Origin: an uncultured Clostridia bacterium | GTDB lineage: Bacteria > Bacillota > Clostridia > Christensenellales > CAG-314 | Length of the DNA: 64,000 nucleotides | Direction: 5' to 3' | Assembly (NCBI GenBank): GCA_947589685.1 | Contig: CANQCN010000001.1 | Span: forward strand, 364 to 64,363 | Shown here: positions 9,557 through 19,841 of the stretch, piece by piece | Layout: every line of letters begins with the position of its first letter | Position numbering within the stretch: the stretch's first letter is position 1 | The notes under the pieces: generated by a model | What the model was told of the DNA's origin: nothing | The model's database searches: none | What the model saw: the letters and a program-made list of their open reading frames with translations, nothing else | Position numbers and translations under genes: made by a program

Positions 9557-10858
9557 TTAAATATTATTTATTGTTTTTTTCATCGATTCTATCGCTCTGT
9601 CGGCATACGCGATCTTGCGCTTTTCCTTGTCGCGAATATGCTCCGATAGCGGATCGAGTATGCCAAAGCTGCTGTTCATAGGTACATATTCCCCGAAATC
9701 CGCGGAAATATGCTTACACAACGCTCCCGTAACGGTGTCGCCGCCGAATTGTAACGGCAACAAGCCCTGAAATATCCTATACGCCTGCAACGCCGCGACA
9801 AGTCCGCTTACGGTCGATTCCATATAGCCCTCCACGCCCGTCAACTGTCCTGCGAAAAACAGTTTGGGCACATGCTTTACCTGAAAATATCGGTTAAGCA
9901 GCTTGGGTGCGTTGATAAAGGTGTTTCTGTGCATAACGCCGTAACGAACGAACTCCGCATTTTTGAGCGCGGGGATCTTGGAAAATACGCGCTTTTGCTC
10001 GCCGAATTTGAGATTGGTTTGAAATCCCACCAAATTGTAACGCGTGCCCTCCGCATTTTCTTTGCGCAACTGCACCACGGCATAGGGTTTTTCGTTTTTG
10101 CGTTCGTCTCTCAACCCAACGGGTTTCAACGGTCCGAAACGCATTGTATCCGGTCCCCTCTTTGCCATGACTTCTATCGGCATACATCCTTCGAAAACGT
10201 TATTTTCGAAATCTTTGAGTTCCACCGTTTCGGCATTGACAAGCTCGTCGTAAAAGGCGAGATATTCCTCCTTATCCATAGGGCAATTCACGTAGTCGGC
10301 GTTGCCCTTACCGTAGCGACTTGCGACGAACGCCTCGTCGAAATCGATGGATTCGGCAGTGACTATTGGCGCGACAGCGTCGAAGAAGTAAAGAAAATCA
10401 TCTCCGATAAGCTCGCGAAAAGCGGGAATGAGCGCCTCGTCCGTAAGAGGTCCCGTTGCCACGATGACAAAATCGTAATTGTCCGTATCAAGGGTAGTTT
10501 CTACCGCGTTTACCCTGCGAAAGTTGTCAAAAGCGTCGAGTTCCGCCGTTACTCTTTCGGAAAAAGCGTATCTATCAACAGCCAAGGCGTTGCCCGCGGG
10601 GACGCGAGTCTGCTCGGCAACTTTGAGTATCAAGCTGTCAAGCAAACGCAGCTCCGCTTTCAGCAATCCGCTTGACGACAGCGGGTCGTCGCTCTTGAAT
10701 GAGTTCGAACAAACCACCTCGCACAATGTGTCGAGATGATGCGCGGGCGAGTACTTCAAGGGCTTCATTTCCACCAAAGTGACGTCCACGCCGCGTTTGA
10801 GCAGTTGATAACACGCCTCGCACCCGGCAAATCCTCCGCCGATGATCTTAGCTTTCAC
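9557..10858 (-). CDS. trmFO: methylenetetrahydrofolate--tRNA-(uracil54-C5)-methyltransferase TrmFO
   Basis: 433 aa. FAD motif IIGGGFAGCEA. Classic position between topA and hslV. Confidence 0.96.
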   Translation of the reverse strand: MKAKIIGGGFAGCEACYQLLKRGVDVTLVEMKPLKYSPAHHLDTLCEVVCSNSFKSDDPLSSSGLLKAELRLLDSLILKVAEQTRVPAGNALAVDRYAFSERVTAELDAFDNFRRVNAVETTLDTDNYDFVIVATGPLTDEALIPAFRELIGDDFLYFFDAVAPIVTAESIDFDEAFVASRYGKGNADYVNCPMDKEEYLAFYDELVNAETVELKDFENNVFEGCMPIEVMAKRGPDTMRFGPLKPVGLRDERKNEKPYAVVQLRKENAEGTRYNLVGFQTNLKFGEQKRVFSKIPALKNAEFVRYGVMHRNTFINAPKLLNRYFQVKHVPKLFFAGQLTGVEGYMESTVSGLVAALQAYRIFQGLLPLQFGGDTVTGALCKHISADFGEYVPMNSSFGILDPLSEHIRDKEKRKIAYADRAIESMKKTINNI

Positions 10859-13070
10859 TTACTTCACCGCCGTCGTATTTGCAGTCCTTGTTGGAACAAC
10901 GGATATATTTTTTTCCGCGCAGCGTTTTGTACACGAGGTGTGCGCCGCATTGCGGACAAAGCTTTCCCGTGGGTACGTCCCACGAAACGAAATCGCAATC
11001 TGGATATCCCGTACAGCCGTAAAACACCACACCGCGCTTGGAGACGCGTTTTGTAACGTCTTTTCCGCATTTCGGGCACTTGGCGACGATTTCCGTTATC
11101 GGCTTGGTGTTGTGACAAGCGGGATAATTGCTGCAAGACAAATATTTGCCGTATCTTCCCTGTCTTTCCAACATTTTTGCGCCGCAGATTTCGCACACGA
11201 TGTCCGTTTGTTTCGGCGGAGTTTTTTCTTTAAGACTTTTGATATTGGAACAAGCGGGATAATTGCTGCAAGCAAGATATTTGCCGTATCTGCCCGTTTT
11301 TACCACCATCGGCGCGCCGCACTTATCGCACAACACGTCGGAGACTTCGTCCTGAACGGTCACCTTGTGCGAGTGCATCGCCGTTTCCACTTCTTTAAGC
11401 ATGGGCTTGTAAAAACTGTCCACGACGCCGTACCAAGGTTCGCCGTTATCTTCGATAGCGTCCAAGCGATCCTCCATTTCCGCCGTAAATTGCACGTCCA
11501 CCACTTCGCCGAAATACTTTTGCAGGTACTCCGTCACTTGAATTCCGAGATTGCTCGGAACAAGCGATTTGCCGTCCTTTGTCACGTAATCGCGCTTGTA
11601 CAGCGTTTGCATTATTGTGGCATAAGTACTCGGACGTCCTATGCCTTTTTCCTCCATGGCTTTGATTATGCTTGCCTCGGTATAACGCGCGGGAGCTTTT
11701 GTAAACCTTTGTTCGGAATTCAGCTTTATCGGTTTAAGCTTGTCGCCTACTTCCAAGGCGGGCAAAGCGGCGTTTTCTTCATCGTCGTCCTTGTCTTTGG
11801 ACTTTGTCTCACCGTATATTGCGAGATAGCCGTCGAATACGGGCGTTCTTCCCGTAGCCGTCAAACCGCAGTTTCCGCAGGTTACGGCAACGGATACGCT
11901 GTTATACGTTGCAAAAGCGGCTTGACTTGCCAAAAAACGCTCGTAAATAAGCTTGTAAAGCAGATATTGATTGCGCTGGACCTTGTCTTTGATGGATTCG
12001 GGCGTCAATTCGAGATTGATGGGACGGATAGCCTCGTGGGCGTCCTGCGCTTGCTTTTTCGTGGCGTAAAAATTGGGTTTTTCGGGAACATACTTTGCGC
12101 CGTACACTTTCGCTATGCGCTCGCGAGCGGCAAATATCGCGTCGTTGGAAACACGGACAGAGTCAGTTCTGATGTATGTGACCAACGCCACATGTCCCAT
12201 ACCGGCAATATCGAAGCCTTCGTAAAGCTGCTGCGCCACCGACATTGCCACGTTGCTGGACATACGCAGCTTGTTTACCGCGTCTTGCTGCATGGTGCTT
12301 GTTGTAAAAGGCGGTTGCGGACGGGATTGCGTCACGGATTTTTTTACAGAGGACACGACATATTCGTTGCCGTTGAGAACCTTCAAAACCGCGTCGCATT
12401 GTTCCTTGTTTTTCAGTTTAAGTTTTTTGCCGTTCTGCTCCGTAAGCACCGTTTTGAATTGCGGTTTGCATTTCGGCTTTTCCAGCAAAACGGAAACGTG
12501 CCAAAACTCTTCGGGTTTGAATTTTTGAATTTCTTTTTCGCGATCGACTATTATGCGCAGCGCCGCCGATTGAACTCTGCCTGCCGACAACTTGTTTGTT
12601 ATCTTTTTGCAAAGCACGGGAGACAGCGTATAACCGACAAGCCGATCCAGCACGCGGCGCGCTTGCTGCGCGTCCACAAGTCCCTTGTTGATGTAGTCGG
12701 GATTTCGAATGGCATTGTTTACGGCTTTTTTGGAAATCTCGTTGAACATTATGCGATTCTTCTCATTGGGGTTGAGTCCGAGCGCGCATTGCAGATGATA
12801 AGATATAGCTTCGCCCTCCCTATCCGGGTCGGTTGCGAGATACACTTTTTCCGCTCCGGCGACCTCCTTTTTGAGACGCTCGATCGTTTCGCGCTGTTCG
12901 GGTTTACGCGCTTGCAACGACGGCTCGTAGTTGTGATTGAAATCTATACCCATCTCCTTATCCGGCAGATCCCATATATGACCGCGCGACGCGTCGACGC
13001 GATAGTCGGGACCGAGATATTTGCCTATTGTTTTGGCTTTGGCGGGCGATTCCACAATTACTAACTTCAT
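10848..13070 (-). CDS. topA: DNA topoisomerase I
   Basis: 740 aa. MKLVIVESPAKAKTIGKYLG Toprim N-terminus. Three C-terminal CxxC...CxxC zinc ribbons. Confidence 0.97.
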   Translation of the reverse strand: MKLVIVESPAKAKTIGKYLGPDYRVDASRGHIWDLPDKEMGIDFNHNYEPSLQARKPEQRETIERLKKEVAGAEKVYLATDPDREGEAISYHLQCALGLNPNEKNRIMFNEISKKAVNNAIRNPDYINKGLVDAQQARRVLDRLVGYTLSPVLCKKITNKLSAGRVQSAALRIIVDREKEIQKFKPEEFWHVSVLLEKPKCKPQFKTVLTEQNGKKLKLKNKEQCDAVLKVLNGNEYVVSSVKKSVTQSRPQPPFTTSTMQQDAVNKLRMSSNVAMSVAQQLYEGFDIAGMGHVALVTYIRTDSVRVSNDAIFAARERIAKVYGAKYVPEKPNFYATKKQAQDAHEAIRPINLELTPESIKDKVQRNQYLLYKLIYERFLASQAAFATYNSVSVAVTCGNCGLTATGRTPVFDGYLAIYGETKSKDKDDDEENAALPALEVGDKLKPIKLNSEQRFTKAPARYTEASIIKAMEEKGIGRPSTYATIMQTLYKRDYVTKDGKSLVPSNLGIQVTEYLQKYFGEVVDVQFTAEMEDRLDAIEDNGEPWYGVVDSFYKPMLKEVETAMHSHKVTVQDEVSDVLCDKCGAPMVVKTGRYGKYLACSNYPACSNIKSLKEKTPPKQTDIVCEICGAKMLERQGRYGKYLSCSNYPACHNTKPITEIVAKCPKCGKDVTKRVSKRGVVFYGCTGYPDCDFVSWDVPTGKLCPQCGAHLVYKTLRGKKYIRCSNKDCKYDGGEVSES

Positions 13071-14155
13071 TCAATTCCTCCATACAGTCGGTAGGTGTTT
13101 CCTGCCAACTTAGCAATTATACTCCTTAATTCCAGATTTGCCAACAAAAAATTCAGATCGGCGGGCGAAAGACCCGTTTTAACGATCAACTCGTCAAAGG
13201 TGAGTTGTCCCGACGACAATGCGTTGACGACCGTTTGCTCCTCTATGCTGATCTGGTAGGTTTGTTTTGCGCTATCGTGTTTGTCCAAACCGTAAAAATC
13301 CACAATATCGCGAGGCGTTGTGACGCAGGCGCCTTGTACCGATTTTATCAGATGATTGCTGCCCTGAAATCCGTAATCGTATATTTCTCCCGGAACGACA
13401 AAAACATCTCTGCCCTGGTCCAACGCCAGATCTACCGTCGAATTGGTCCCGCTTTTTGCGGGCGCTTGACATACGAGCACACCGCGAGACAATCCCGAAA
13501 CGATACGATTTCGGTACGGGAAATGATATGTCAAGGGCAGCGCGTCCATTCCGTATTCGGAAATCAACAAACCGTCGTTTTGCACGATTCTATCCGCCAA
13601 TCCTTGGTTTGCCGCGGGATAAACGTTCAACAGACCGCCGCCCAGAACGGCTATTGTTTTGCCGTTTTCTTCGAGCGTGGTTTCGTGCGCGACCGAGTCC
13701 ACTCCATACGCGAGACCGCTTACGATGGTAAAGTACTCGCACAACACGGCGGTAAAGTCGTGAGTAATGCGTCTGCCGTACGAAGATATTTTTCGCGTAC
13801 CTATCACCGCAAGACAATCGGAATGCAACAGTCGAACGTTGCCCTTGCAAAACAATATGTACGGCGGCTCTTCTATACTGCGCAGACTATCCGGATAATC
13901 GTCGGAAAAACACGTTACCGCAAAAATATTGTTTTTTTCCATTTTGTCGATCAATGGCTCGTACGTACGTTTTTTGATACCGACGCAAATATCCGCGTAA
14001 ACGTTTCCGAGCAGCGCTTCCGCTTCCTTGTTCTTGCCGAGATTTGCAACAATATCGTCCGCTCCGTCGAACATATTCCACAGTTGGGAAAATTTTGAGA
14101 CGGAAACGCCTTTATCACCCAACAAAATGCAAATTTTTTCCTCTGATGTGTACAT
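13067..14155 (-). CDS. dprA: DNA-processing protein DprA (Smf)
   Basis: Start trimmed to MYTSEEK (ATG 14155, just after the comM stop). Core VSGLAYGVDSVAHETTL. ATGA overlap with topA. Confidence 0.9.
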   Translation of the reverse strand: MYTSEEKICILLGDKGVSVSKFSQLWNMFDGADDIVANLGKNKEAEALLGNVYADICVGIKKRTYEPLIDKMEKNNIFAVTCFSDDYPDSLRSIEEPPYILFCKGNVRLLHSDCLAVIGTRKISSYGRRITHDFTAVLCEYFTIVSGLAYGVDSVAHETTLEENGKTIAVLGGGLLNVYPAANQGLADRIVQNDGLLISEYGMDALPLTYHFPYRNRIVSGLSRGVLVCQAPAKSGTNSTVDLALDQGRDVFVVPGEIYDYGFQGSNHLIKSVQGACVTTPRDIVDFYGLDKHDSAKQTYQISIEEQTVVNALSSGQLTFDELIVKTGLSPADLNFLLANLELRSIIAKLAGNTYRLYGGIE

Positions 14156-14156
14156 T

Positions 14157-15680
14157 TTACACCCTATATTTTCTGTCCAATTGACGGTATTGAAGCGATT
14201 CCGCAATATGCTTTACGGAAATGTTCTCCGCACCGTCCAAATCGGCGATCGTGCGCGCGACTTTCAAAATACGATTGTATGCGCGAGCTGACAGATTGAG
14301 TTTGTTGAAAGAATCTTCCAACAAAAGCGTACTTTGTTTGTCGAGCTTGCAATATTTTTTGATGTCTGCGGGCGTCATCTGCGCATTGCAACGACGTCCC
14401 GACGGCGACAGCCGCGCAAGCTGAATGTCTCGCGCCTTGTTTACCCGTTCCTTGATCACGCAGGACGGTTCCGCCAATTTATCCTCTTGCAACTCGTCGT
14501 ACGTCACGTTGTCCACCTCTATGTGGATATCGATCCTATCCAAAAGAGGACCGGACAACTTGTTGAGGTATCGGTGTATCTGCGAAGCGGAACACTTGCA
14601 TTCCGCCGTCGCGCTGCCGTAATTGCCGCATGGACAGGGATTCATGCTCGCTATCAACATAAAATCCGCCGGGTACGTCACAGAAATAGCGTTTCTCGAC
14701 ACTGTTATTACCCCGTCCTCCAACGGTTGACGAAGCGTTTCCAACGTTTGACGGTTGTACTCCGGCAGCTCGTCGAGAAAAAGCACTCCGTTGTGCGCCA
14801 AGCTTACCTCTCCCGGACGGGCTTTGTTGCCTCCGCCCGTCAGCGCGACCATCGTCGACGAATGATGTGGCGAACGGAAGGGGCGCTCGTATATAAAGCC
14901 GTCCAATTGTCCCGAAACGCTGTGTATTTTTGCTACCTCCAACGCCTCTTCGAAGGTGAGATTGGGCATAATGGAAGGAACTGCCCGCGCCAACATGGTT
15001 TTGCCCGCACCGGGCGGACCTATCATAATGATGTTGTGTCCGCCTGCAACGGCTATCTCCATAGCGCGTTTGGCGGCGTATTGTCCCTTTATGTATTTGA
15101 AATCGTTGTCGCTGTGATTGTATTCCAGATCGTTTTTCCAACTGCGTATGGCAAGGGGAGTCAAGGATCGCTGTCCCGTCAAAAACTCCACCGTTTCGCG
15201 CAGCGTTTCCACCGCGTAAACCGTTGCGCCTTCGATAAACACCGCCTCGTTTGCGTTGTCTTTCGGTATGACGAAAGTCTTTTCTCCCTGCTGAACGGCA
15301 GTTATCAACATCGGCAAAATTCCGTTTACTTTGCGCACCTCGCCGTTAAGGGACAATTCTCCGAGGATAACGGGCTTGGGAAGCGTTTCATAAGGTATCT
15401 GCTTACTTGCGGCGAGCATTCCCACCGCTATGGGCAAATCGTACAGACTGCCCTCTTTTTTTATGTCGGCGGGGGCAAGATTGACCACGACAGCCGCAAC
15501 GGGATATTGATAGCCGCTGTTCTTCATAGCGGAACGCACACGTTCTTTGGATTCCTTGACCGCGGTGTCGGCAAGTCCGACAATATCGTAGGACGGAACG
15601 CCCGAATGCATGTCGATCTCCGCCTGCACGGGAAAGCCGTCGAGTCCTCTGAGTCCGAAGCTCTTTATCAACGCAAGCAT
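14157..15680 (-). CDS. comM: Mg-chelatase-like ATPase ComM/YifB
   Basis: 507 aa. Lon-like N-terminal domain and Walker A GPPGAGKTMLA. Confidence 0.93.
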   Translation of the reverse strand: MLALIKSFGLRGLDGFPVQAEIDMHSGVPSYDIVGLADTAVKESKERVRSAMKNSGYQYPVAAVVVNLAPADIKKEGSLYDLPIAVGMLAASKQIPYETLPKPVILGELSLNGEVRKVNGILPMLITAVQQGEKTFVIPKDNANEAVFIEGATVYAVETLRETVEFLTGQRSLTPLAIRSWKNDLEYNHSDNDFKYIKGQYAAKRAMEIAVAGGHNIIMIGPPGAGKTMLARAVPSIMPNLTFEEALEVAKIHSVSGQLDGFIYERPFRSPHHSSTMVALTGGGNKARPGEVSLAHNGVLFLDELPEYNRQTLETLRQPLEDGVITVSRNAISVTYPADFMLIASMNPCPCGNYGSATAECKCSASQIHRYLNKLSGPLLDRIDIHIEVDNVTYDELQEDKLAEPSCVIKERVNKARDIQLARLSPSGRRCNAQMTPADIKKYCKLDKQSTLLLEDSFNKLNLSARAYNRILKVARTIADLDGAENISVKHIAESLQYRQLDRKYRV

Positions 15681-15707
15681 AGTTTTCTCCTAAGTAATAT
15701 TTATTAC

Positions 15708-15736
15708 AGTATAACTTTATATAGCAAAATAATCAA
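15708..15736 (-). promoter_or_regulatory. sigma-70-type promoter candidate for comM-dprA-topA
   Basis: Minus strand reads TTGATT-17 nt-TATACT, about 25 nt upstream of the comM start. Confidence 0.4.
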
Positions 15737-15940
15737 ATATTTTGGCGCAAAAACACAAAATAAAATTTTTTGTATGCAAAATCAAAACATTTTCCGAACT
15801 TTCCGATGTGATCGAATATAGCGTATCTCTCTGCCGATCCGTTTCGCTCAATTCGGTCAAAAGGCGCAAGCAATGCCGCGACACAAGACGAGAGGCAAAA
15901 GTCGATAGTTTGCCTATCCCAAAATCGTGGCAAATATTAC

Positions 15941-15975
15941 AAAAAATAACGCAACCGACTTTCGACGATTGCGTT
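15941..15975 (-). terminator. rho-independent terminator after rplS
   Basis: Minus strand AACGCAATCGTCGAAAGTCGGTTGCGTT followed by TTTTTT. Confidence 0.6.
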
Positions 15976-15991
15976 AAATAAATATGCGGCA

Positions 15992-16330
15992 TTATTTGGA
16001 AGACTTGACCTTGGCTGCCTTACCCGTACGTTCGCGGAGATAATACAGCTTGGCGCGTCTTACATGTCCCTTACGCACGACAGCGATACTCTCGATCTTG
16101 GGACTGTGGATCGGGAAAGTTCTTTCCACGCCGATCCCGCTGGATATACGTCTGACGGTAAATGTCTCGCGAAGTCCGCCGTGCTTACGCGCAATGACGA
16201 TACCCTCATACGCTTGTATTCTTTCCTTGTTGCCTTCAATAACTTTGAAGTTGACGCGCACTGTGTCGCCTACGTCAAAGCTCGCCACTTCCTTCATGGA
16301 TTCGGCTTCAATTTGCTTGATAATGTCCAT
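15992..16330 (-). CDS. rplS: 50S ribosomal protein L19
   Basis: 112 aa. [10 protein letters not shown]...[32 protein letters not shown]. Confidence 0.97.
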   Translation of the reverse strand: MDIIKQIEAESMKEVASFDVGDTVRVNFKVIEGNKERIQAYEGIVIARKHGGLRETFTVRRISSGIGVERTFPIHSPKIESIAVVRKGHVRRAKLYYLRERTGKAAKVKSSK

Positions 16331-16601
16331 TTGACTTTTCCTCCAATTTTATTGTTAACTAAGCGTTCATTCACTTGTAAAAGTCAGAGGACCGCCCGAA
16401 GTCACTTGTATATATTAACACAACGCGTGTTTTTTCGCAACTGTTTTTAGGCAGCTTGCGGATTAAATTTAGCAAAAATCGCCTAAAAACGGCTTCCTAT
16501 CAAAAAAATTGCCTCAAAAAGCAGTCCTTACGTTGATATTTTGTATACTATGTCACAAATAGTATTCTGCAATTTAGCGATTTTTGATATAGTTGCAATG
16601 C

Positions 16602-16946
16602 TTACGGGCGAAAAGCGTCGGTAATAAGGTTGATTTTGTCGCCCAATATTTCCACCACGTCGAAACGAACGGGCACGCCCGTGTGTCTGTTTTTGTACAG
16701 CCAATAATTGGCGCAGCGAATTATCGTATTTTGCTTATTTTTATCTACCGCTTCTCGCGGCAAACCGAATCGGTCGTTCTTACGCGCTTTTACTTCAACG
16801 AACGCCACCGTTTTTCCGTCCAAAGCCACAATATCTATTTCGCCGAAATGACACGCAAAATTCCTTTCGATTATTTTATATTTTTTCTTTATCAGATATG
16901 CCGCGGCTACGTCCTCGCCTCGCCGCCCTTCTATACGAGTATTCAT
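16602..16946 (-). CDS. YraN-family (UPF0102) endonuclease-like protein
   Basis: Start trimmed to MNTRIEGRRGEDVAAAYL. Contains GEIDIVALDGKTVAFVEVKAR. The start overlaps the rnhB stop by 4 nt (rnhB ends at 16943). Confidence 0.85.
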   Translation of the reverse strand: MNTRIEGRRGEDVAAAYLIKKKYKIIERNFACHFGEIDIVALDGKTVAFVEVKARKNDRFGLPREAVDKNKQNTIIRCANYWLYKNRHTGVPVRFDVVEILGDKINLITDAFRP

Positions 16947-17536
16947 AACTGCACGAAATGACCTATAAAAGTTTTTCTGTGGATAGGACAAGGGCCGTAT
17001 CGGCGCAGCAGCTCGATATGTTCTTTTGTGCCGTAGCCTTTGTGTTTGGCAAAGTTGTACTGCGGATAGATCTTGTCATATTCCAGCATAAGTCGGTCGC
17101 GGGTCACCTTTGCAACGATACTTGCCGCGGCAATACTGTAACTCAACGCGTCCCCGTGAATTATCGACACGGTAGGAATTGCGGCGTTAAGCTTGACGGC
17201 GTCGATAAGCGCCACGTCCGCTTTTTCAAATCCGTTTATGCAGCGCAACATTCCTTCCTTGGTTGCGTTTAGAATGTTTATTTCATCTATCACATTGTTG
17301 TCTATCACAGCGACCTGCACTTCGATAGCTTTTTTCGTTATCCGATCGTAAAGAATGTCGCGCTTTTTTGCGGAAAGTTTTTTGCTGTCGTCTACGCCCT
17401 CGATCAAATCGTCCAAGGGCATGATCACGCCCGCCACCACGACGGGACCCGCCAGCGGACCTCTGCCCGCCTCGTCTATACCGACAATAAATTTCGCTCC
17501 TTTATCGATCTGTATCCGTTCGTATTCCAACATCAT
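16943..17536 (-). CDS. rnhB: ribonuclease HII
   Basis: 197 aa. GIDEAGRGPLAGPVV active-site motif. Confidence 0.95.
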   Translation of the reverse strand: MMLEYERIQIDKGAKFIVGIDEAGRGPLAGPVVVAGVIMPLDDLIEGVDDSKKLSAKKRDILYDRITKKAIEVQVAVIDNNVIDEINILNATKEGMLRCINGFEKADVALIDAVKLNAAIPTVSIIHGDALSYSIAAASIVAKVTRDRLMLEYDKIYPQYNFAKHKGYGTKEHIELLRRYGPCPIHRKTFIGHFVQL

Positions 17537-17552
17537 CCGTCTACCTCAAAGA

Positions 17553-18395
17553 TCACGCTGGCGGCAGGTCGAACGTGATTTTGCCGAGCTTTCCTTTGCG
17601 GAAGTCGTCCACGACCGCTTTTGCGCACCGTTCGGCATCTATTTCGCCGCCGCGAAGCAAATAACCTCGTTTTGAGGCAATTTCCGCAAAAATTTCATCT
17701 GCGTTTTTCCGACTGTCTGTGTTGTATCTTTCCGCAAGATTTTTCGGATAAAGTTCCGCAAGCTGCGCGATCAACGAAAGGGCTATCTCGTACATATCCA
17801 CCACGTCGTCCTTGATGCTGCCTATGAAACAGAGTCTCGACGCAACGAGTTCGTCATCGAATTTCGGCCAGAGAGTACCCGGCGTATCCAACAGCTCCAA
17901 ACCCGATTGCAGCCTGACCCACTGCTTACCCTTGGTAACTCCCGGTTTGTCCCCCGTAATAACCGTTTTCTTGCCGGAAAGACAGTTGATGATCGTGGAT
18001 TTTCCGCAATTCGGCACACCCACTATCATGAAACGCACGGGTTTGAGAATTCCTTTCGCGCGGTATTTTGCGCTTAGCTCGGACGTCAACGACGCAAATG
18101 CAGACACAACTTTTCCCGCCTCCGCGGAAGCCGTTGCGGTTATCTTCACGAATGCGTCGCCCTTGTTTTGAAAATATTTACACCAGACGTCCAACTTGTA
18201 CGGATCAGCCAAATCGCATTTATTCAAAATAAAAATACAAGGTTTATTGCCGACAACAGAAGTAAACTGAGGATTGAAACACGCCGAAGGAGCGCGTGCG
18301 TCCAACACATATCCTATTGCGTCGACGATTTTGGCGTTTTCCTCCATCATCCGAAGCGCCTTGGTCATATGACCGGGAAACCATTGAACGTTCAT
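17553..18395 (-). CDS. rbgA: ribosome biogenesis GTPase A (YlqF)
   Basis: 280 aa. Circularly permuted GTPase: NKCDL comes before GVPNCGKSTIIN. Confidence 0.93.
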   Translation of the reverse strand: MNVQWFPGHMTKALRMMEENAKIVDAIGYVLDARAPSACFNPQFTSVVGNKPCIFILNKCDLADPYKLDVWCKYFQNKGDAFVKITATASAEAGKVVSAFASLTSELSAKYRAKGILKPVRFMIVGVPNCGKSTIINCLSGKKTVITGDKPGVTKGKQWVRLQSGLELLDTPGTLWPKFDDELVASRLCFIGSIKDDVVDMYEIALSLIAQLAELYPKNLAERYNTDSRKNADEIFAEIASKRGYLLRGGEIDAERCAKAVVDDFRKGKLGKITFDLPPA

Positions 18396-19066
18396 TTGTC
18401 CTCCAACAGATCGGGGCGAATATTACGCGTTATTTCCAACGCCCGTTCTCTACGCCACTTGTCGATCTTGGCGTGATCGCCGCTGACAAGCACGTCGGGT
18501 ACGCTCATTCCGCAAAATTCCTGCGGTCGCGTATACTGCGGATATTCGAGCAACGGCTGCGAAAAAGATTCGTCCACTGTGGACTCGCTGTTTCCGAGAA
18601 CGTCGGGTACATAGCGTAAAACGCTGTCTATCACCACCATCGCGGGTATCTCGCCGCCCGAAAGGATATAGTCTCCGATGGAAATTTCCATATCTATATC
18701 CATATCGAGAACGCGCTGATCGACTCCCTCATAGTGACCGCACAAAAAAAGTAAATGACTTTCGCGAGAAAGCTCCTTTACAATTTGTTGATTGAGCACC
18801 TTTCCTCGCGGAGACATAAAAATTCGTTTGGCTGTATGGTCGGGGTCTACCGCGGCAATGCAATCGTGTATCGGCTGCGGCATCATGACCATACCCGCGC
18901 CGCCGCCGAAAGGCGCGTCGTCGCATTTTTTATGTTTGTCCAAAGAATATTCACGAATATCGTGACAATTCAACTCATACAAACCTTTTTCTCGCGCTTT
19001 GCCCGTCAACGAACTGTTCAACGCGTTCAGCATTTCCGGGAAAAGCGTAAGTACGTCAATCTTCAT
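18392..19066 (-). CDS. trmD: tRNA (guanine37-N1)-methyltransferase
   Basis: Start trimmed to MKIDVLTLFPEM. Contains FGGGAGMVMM. Confidence 0.96.
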   Translation of the reverse strand: MKIDVLTLFPEMLNALNSSLTGKAREKGLYELNCHDIREYSLDKHKKCDDAPFGGGAGMVMMPQPIHDCIAAVDPDHTAKRIFMSPRGKVLNQQIVKELSRESHLLFLCGHYEGVDQRVLDMDIDMEISIGDYILSGGEIPAMVVIDSVLRYVPDVLGNSESTVDESFSQPLLEYPQYTRPQEFCGMSVPDVLVSGDHAKIDKWRRERALEITRNIRPDLLEDK

Positions 19067-19556
19067 ACACAGCCACCTCGACAAATCGTTTGCCCGCAAC
19101 GACTATACGCTTGCGCTCCACGCCGACGGAAACGACCAGATCTTTTAAGAACGGAAAAGAAACGCCTTTGCCGTCCTTTCGGCAAACAAGCACATCGGCG
19201 GCGCCGTACTGCAATACGTCGGTTACTTCTCCGACATCTTCGCCGCTGTCGGTCGCGACCGCGCACCCTATCAGATCCTGCACAAAATATCTGTTCTGCG
19301 GTATCGATATACATTCTTTATTGGCATACACCGCGCAATTTTGCAGATACTCGGCAGTATTTCTATCCGAAACGCCCGAAAGCTTTGCATAGCAAAAAGA
19401 GCCGTCCGAACGAAATTGCTCGACCGAATACTCCCTTGATCCGATATAAAGCTGTTTCAGTCCCTTAAACATAGCAACGTCGTCAAGATAGCTTTGCAAT
19501 TTGATCTCGCCTTTTATACCCTGAGCTTTCAGGACTTTTCCCACTTCTATCTTCAT
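19056..19556 (-). CDS. rimM: 16S rRNA processing protein RimM
   Basis: 166 aa. MKIEVGKVLKAQGIKGEIKL N-terminus. Position is between the KH protein and trmD. Confidence 0.92.
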   Translation of the reverse strand: MKIEVGKVLKAQGIKGEIKLQSYLDDVAMFKGLKQLYIGSREYSVEQFRSDGSFCYAKLSGVSDRNTAEYLQNCAVYANKECISIPQNRYFVQDLIGCAVATDSGEDVGEVTDVLQYGAADVLVCRKDGKGVSFPFLKDLVVSVGVERKRIVVAGKRFVEVAVYED

Positions 19557-19595
19557 AATTCAACAATTGCCACAAGCGTACTTGTGGCAATGCAA

Positions 19596-19826
19596 TCAAT
19601 CCTCTATCTCGATGTTGTATCTCTTGCCTTCTCTGGCGCCGACAGCTTTTGCAAGCGTACGGATAGACATAGCGATCTTGCCTTGTTTTCCGATTACCTT
19701 TCCTATATCCCCGTCAGCAACGTGAATAGTCAAAGTAACAACACCGTCACCCTCTTCCGATGTGATATTAACGGCCTCCTTGTCGTCCACAAGCTGTGTC
19801 ACGATGTAAGTTACAAGTTCCAACAT
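19596..19826 (-). CDS. KH-domain RNA-binding protein (YlqC-like)
   Basis: 76 aa. Contains IGKVIGKQGKIAMSIRTL (GxxG KH loop). Position is between rpsP and rimM. Confidence 0.88.
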   Translation of the reverse strand: MLELVTYIVTQLVDDKEAVNITSEEGDGVVTLTIHVADGDIGKVIGKQGKIAMSIRTLAKAVGAREGKRYNIEIED

Positions 19827-19841
19827 AAGTTATACCTCACA

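Noticed and set aside
10842-13064. Very long plus-strand ORFs that mirror minus-strand genes. Examples are the 740-aa ORF opposite topA and others at 5840-7297, 7834-9027, 14334-15821, 27958-29307, 43426-45564 and 57611-59470.
   Set aside because: Each is the exact antisense shadow of a gene with unmistakable family motifs. Their translations are R/F/H/V-rich low-complexity strings with no recognisable domains, SDs or independent boundaries. Codon bias on the sense strand suppresses antisense stops.
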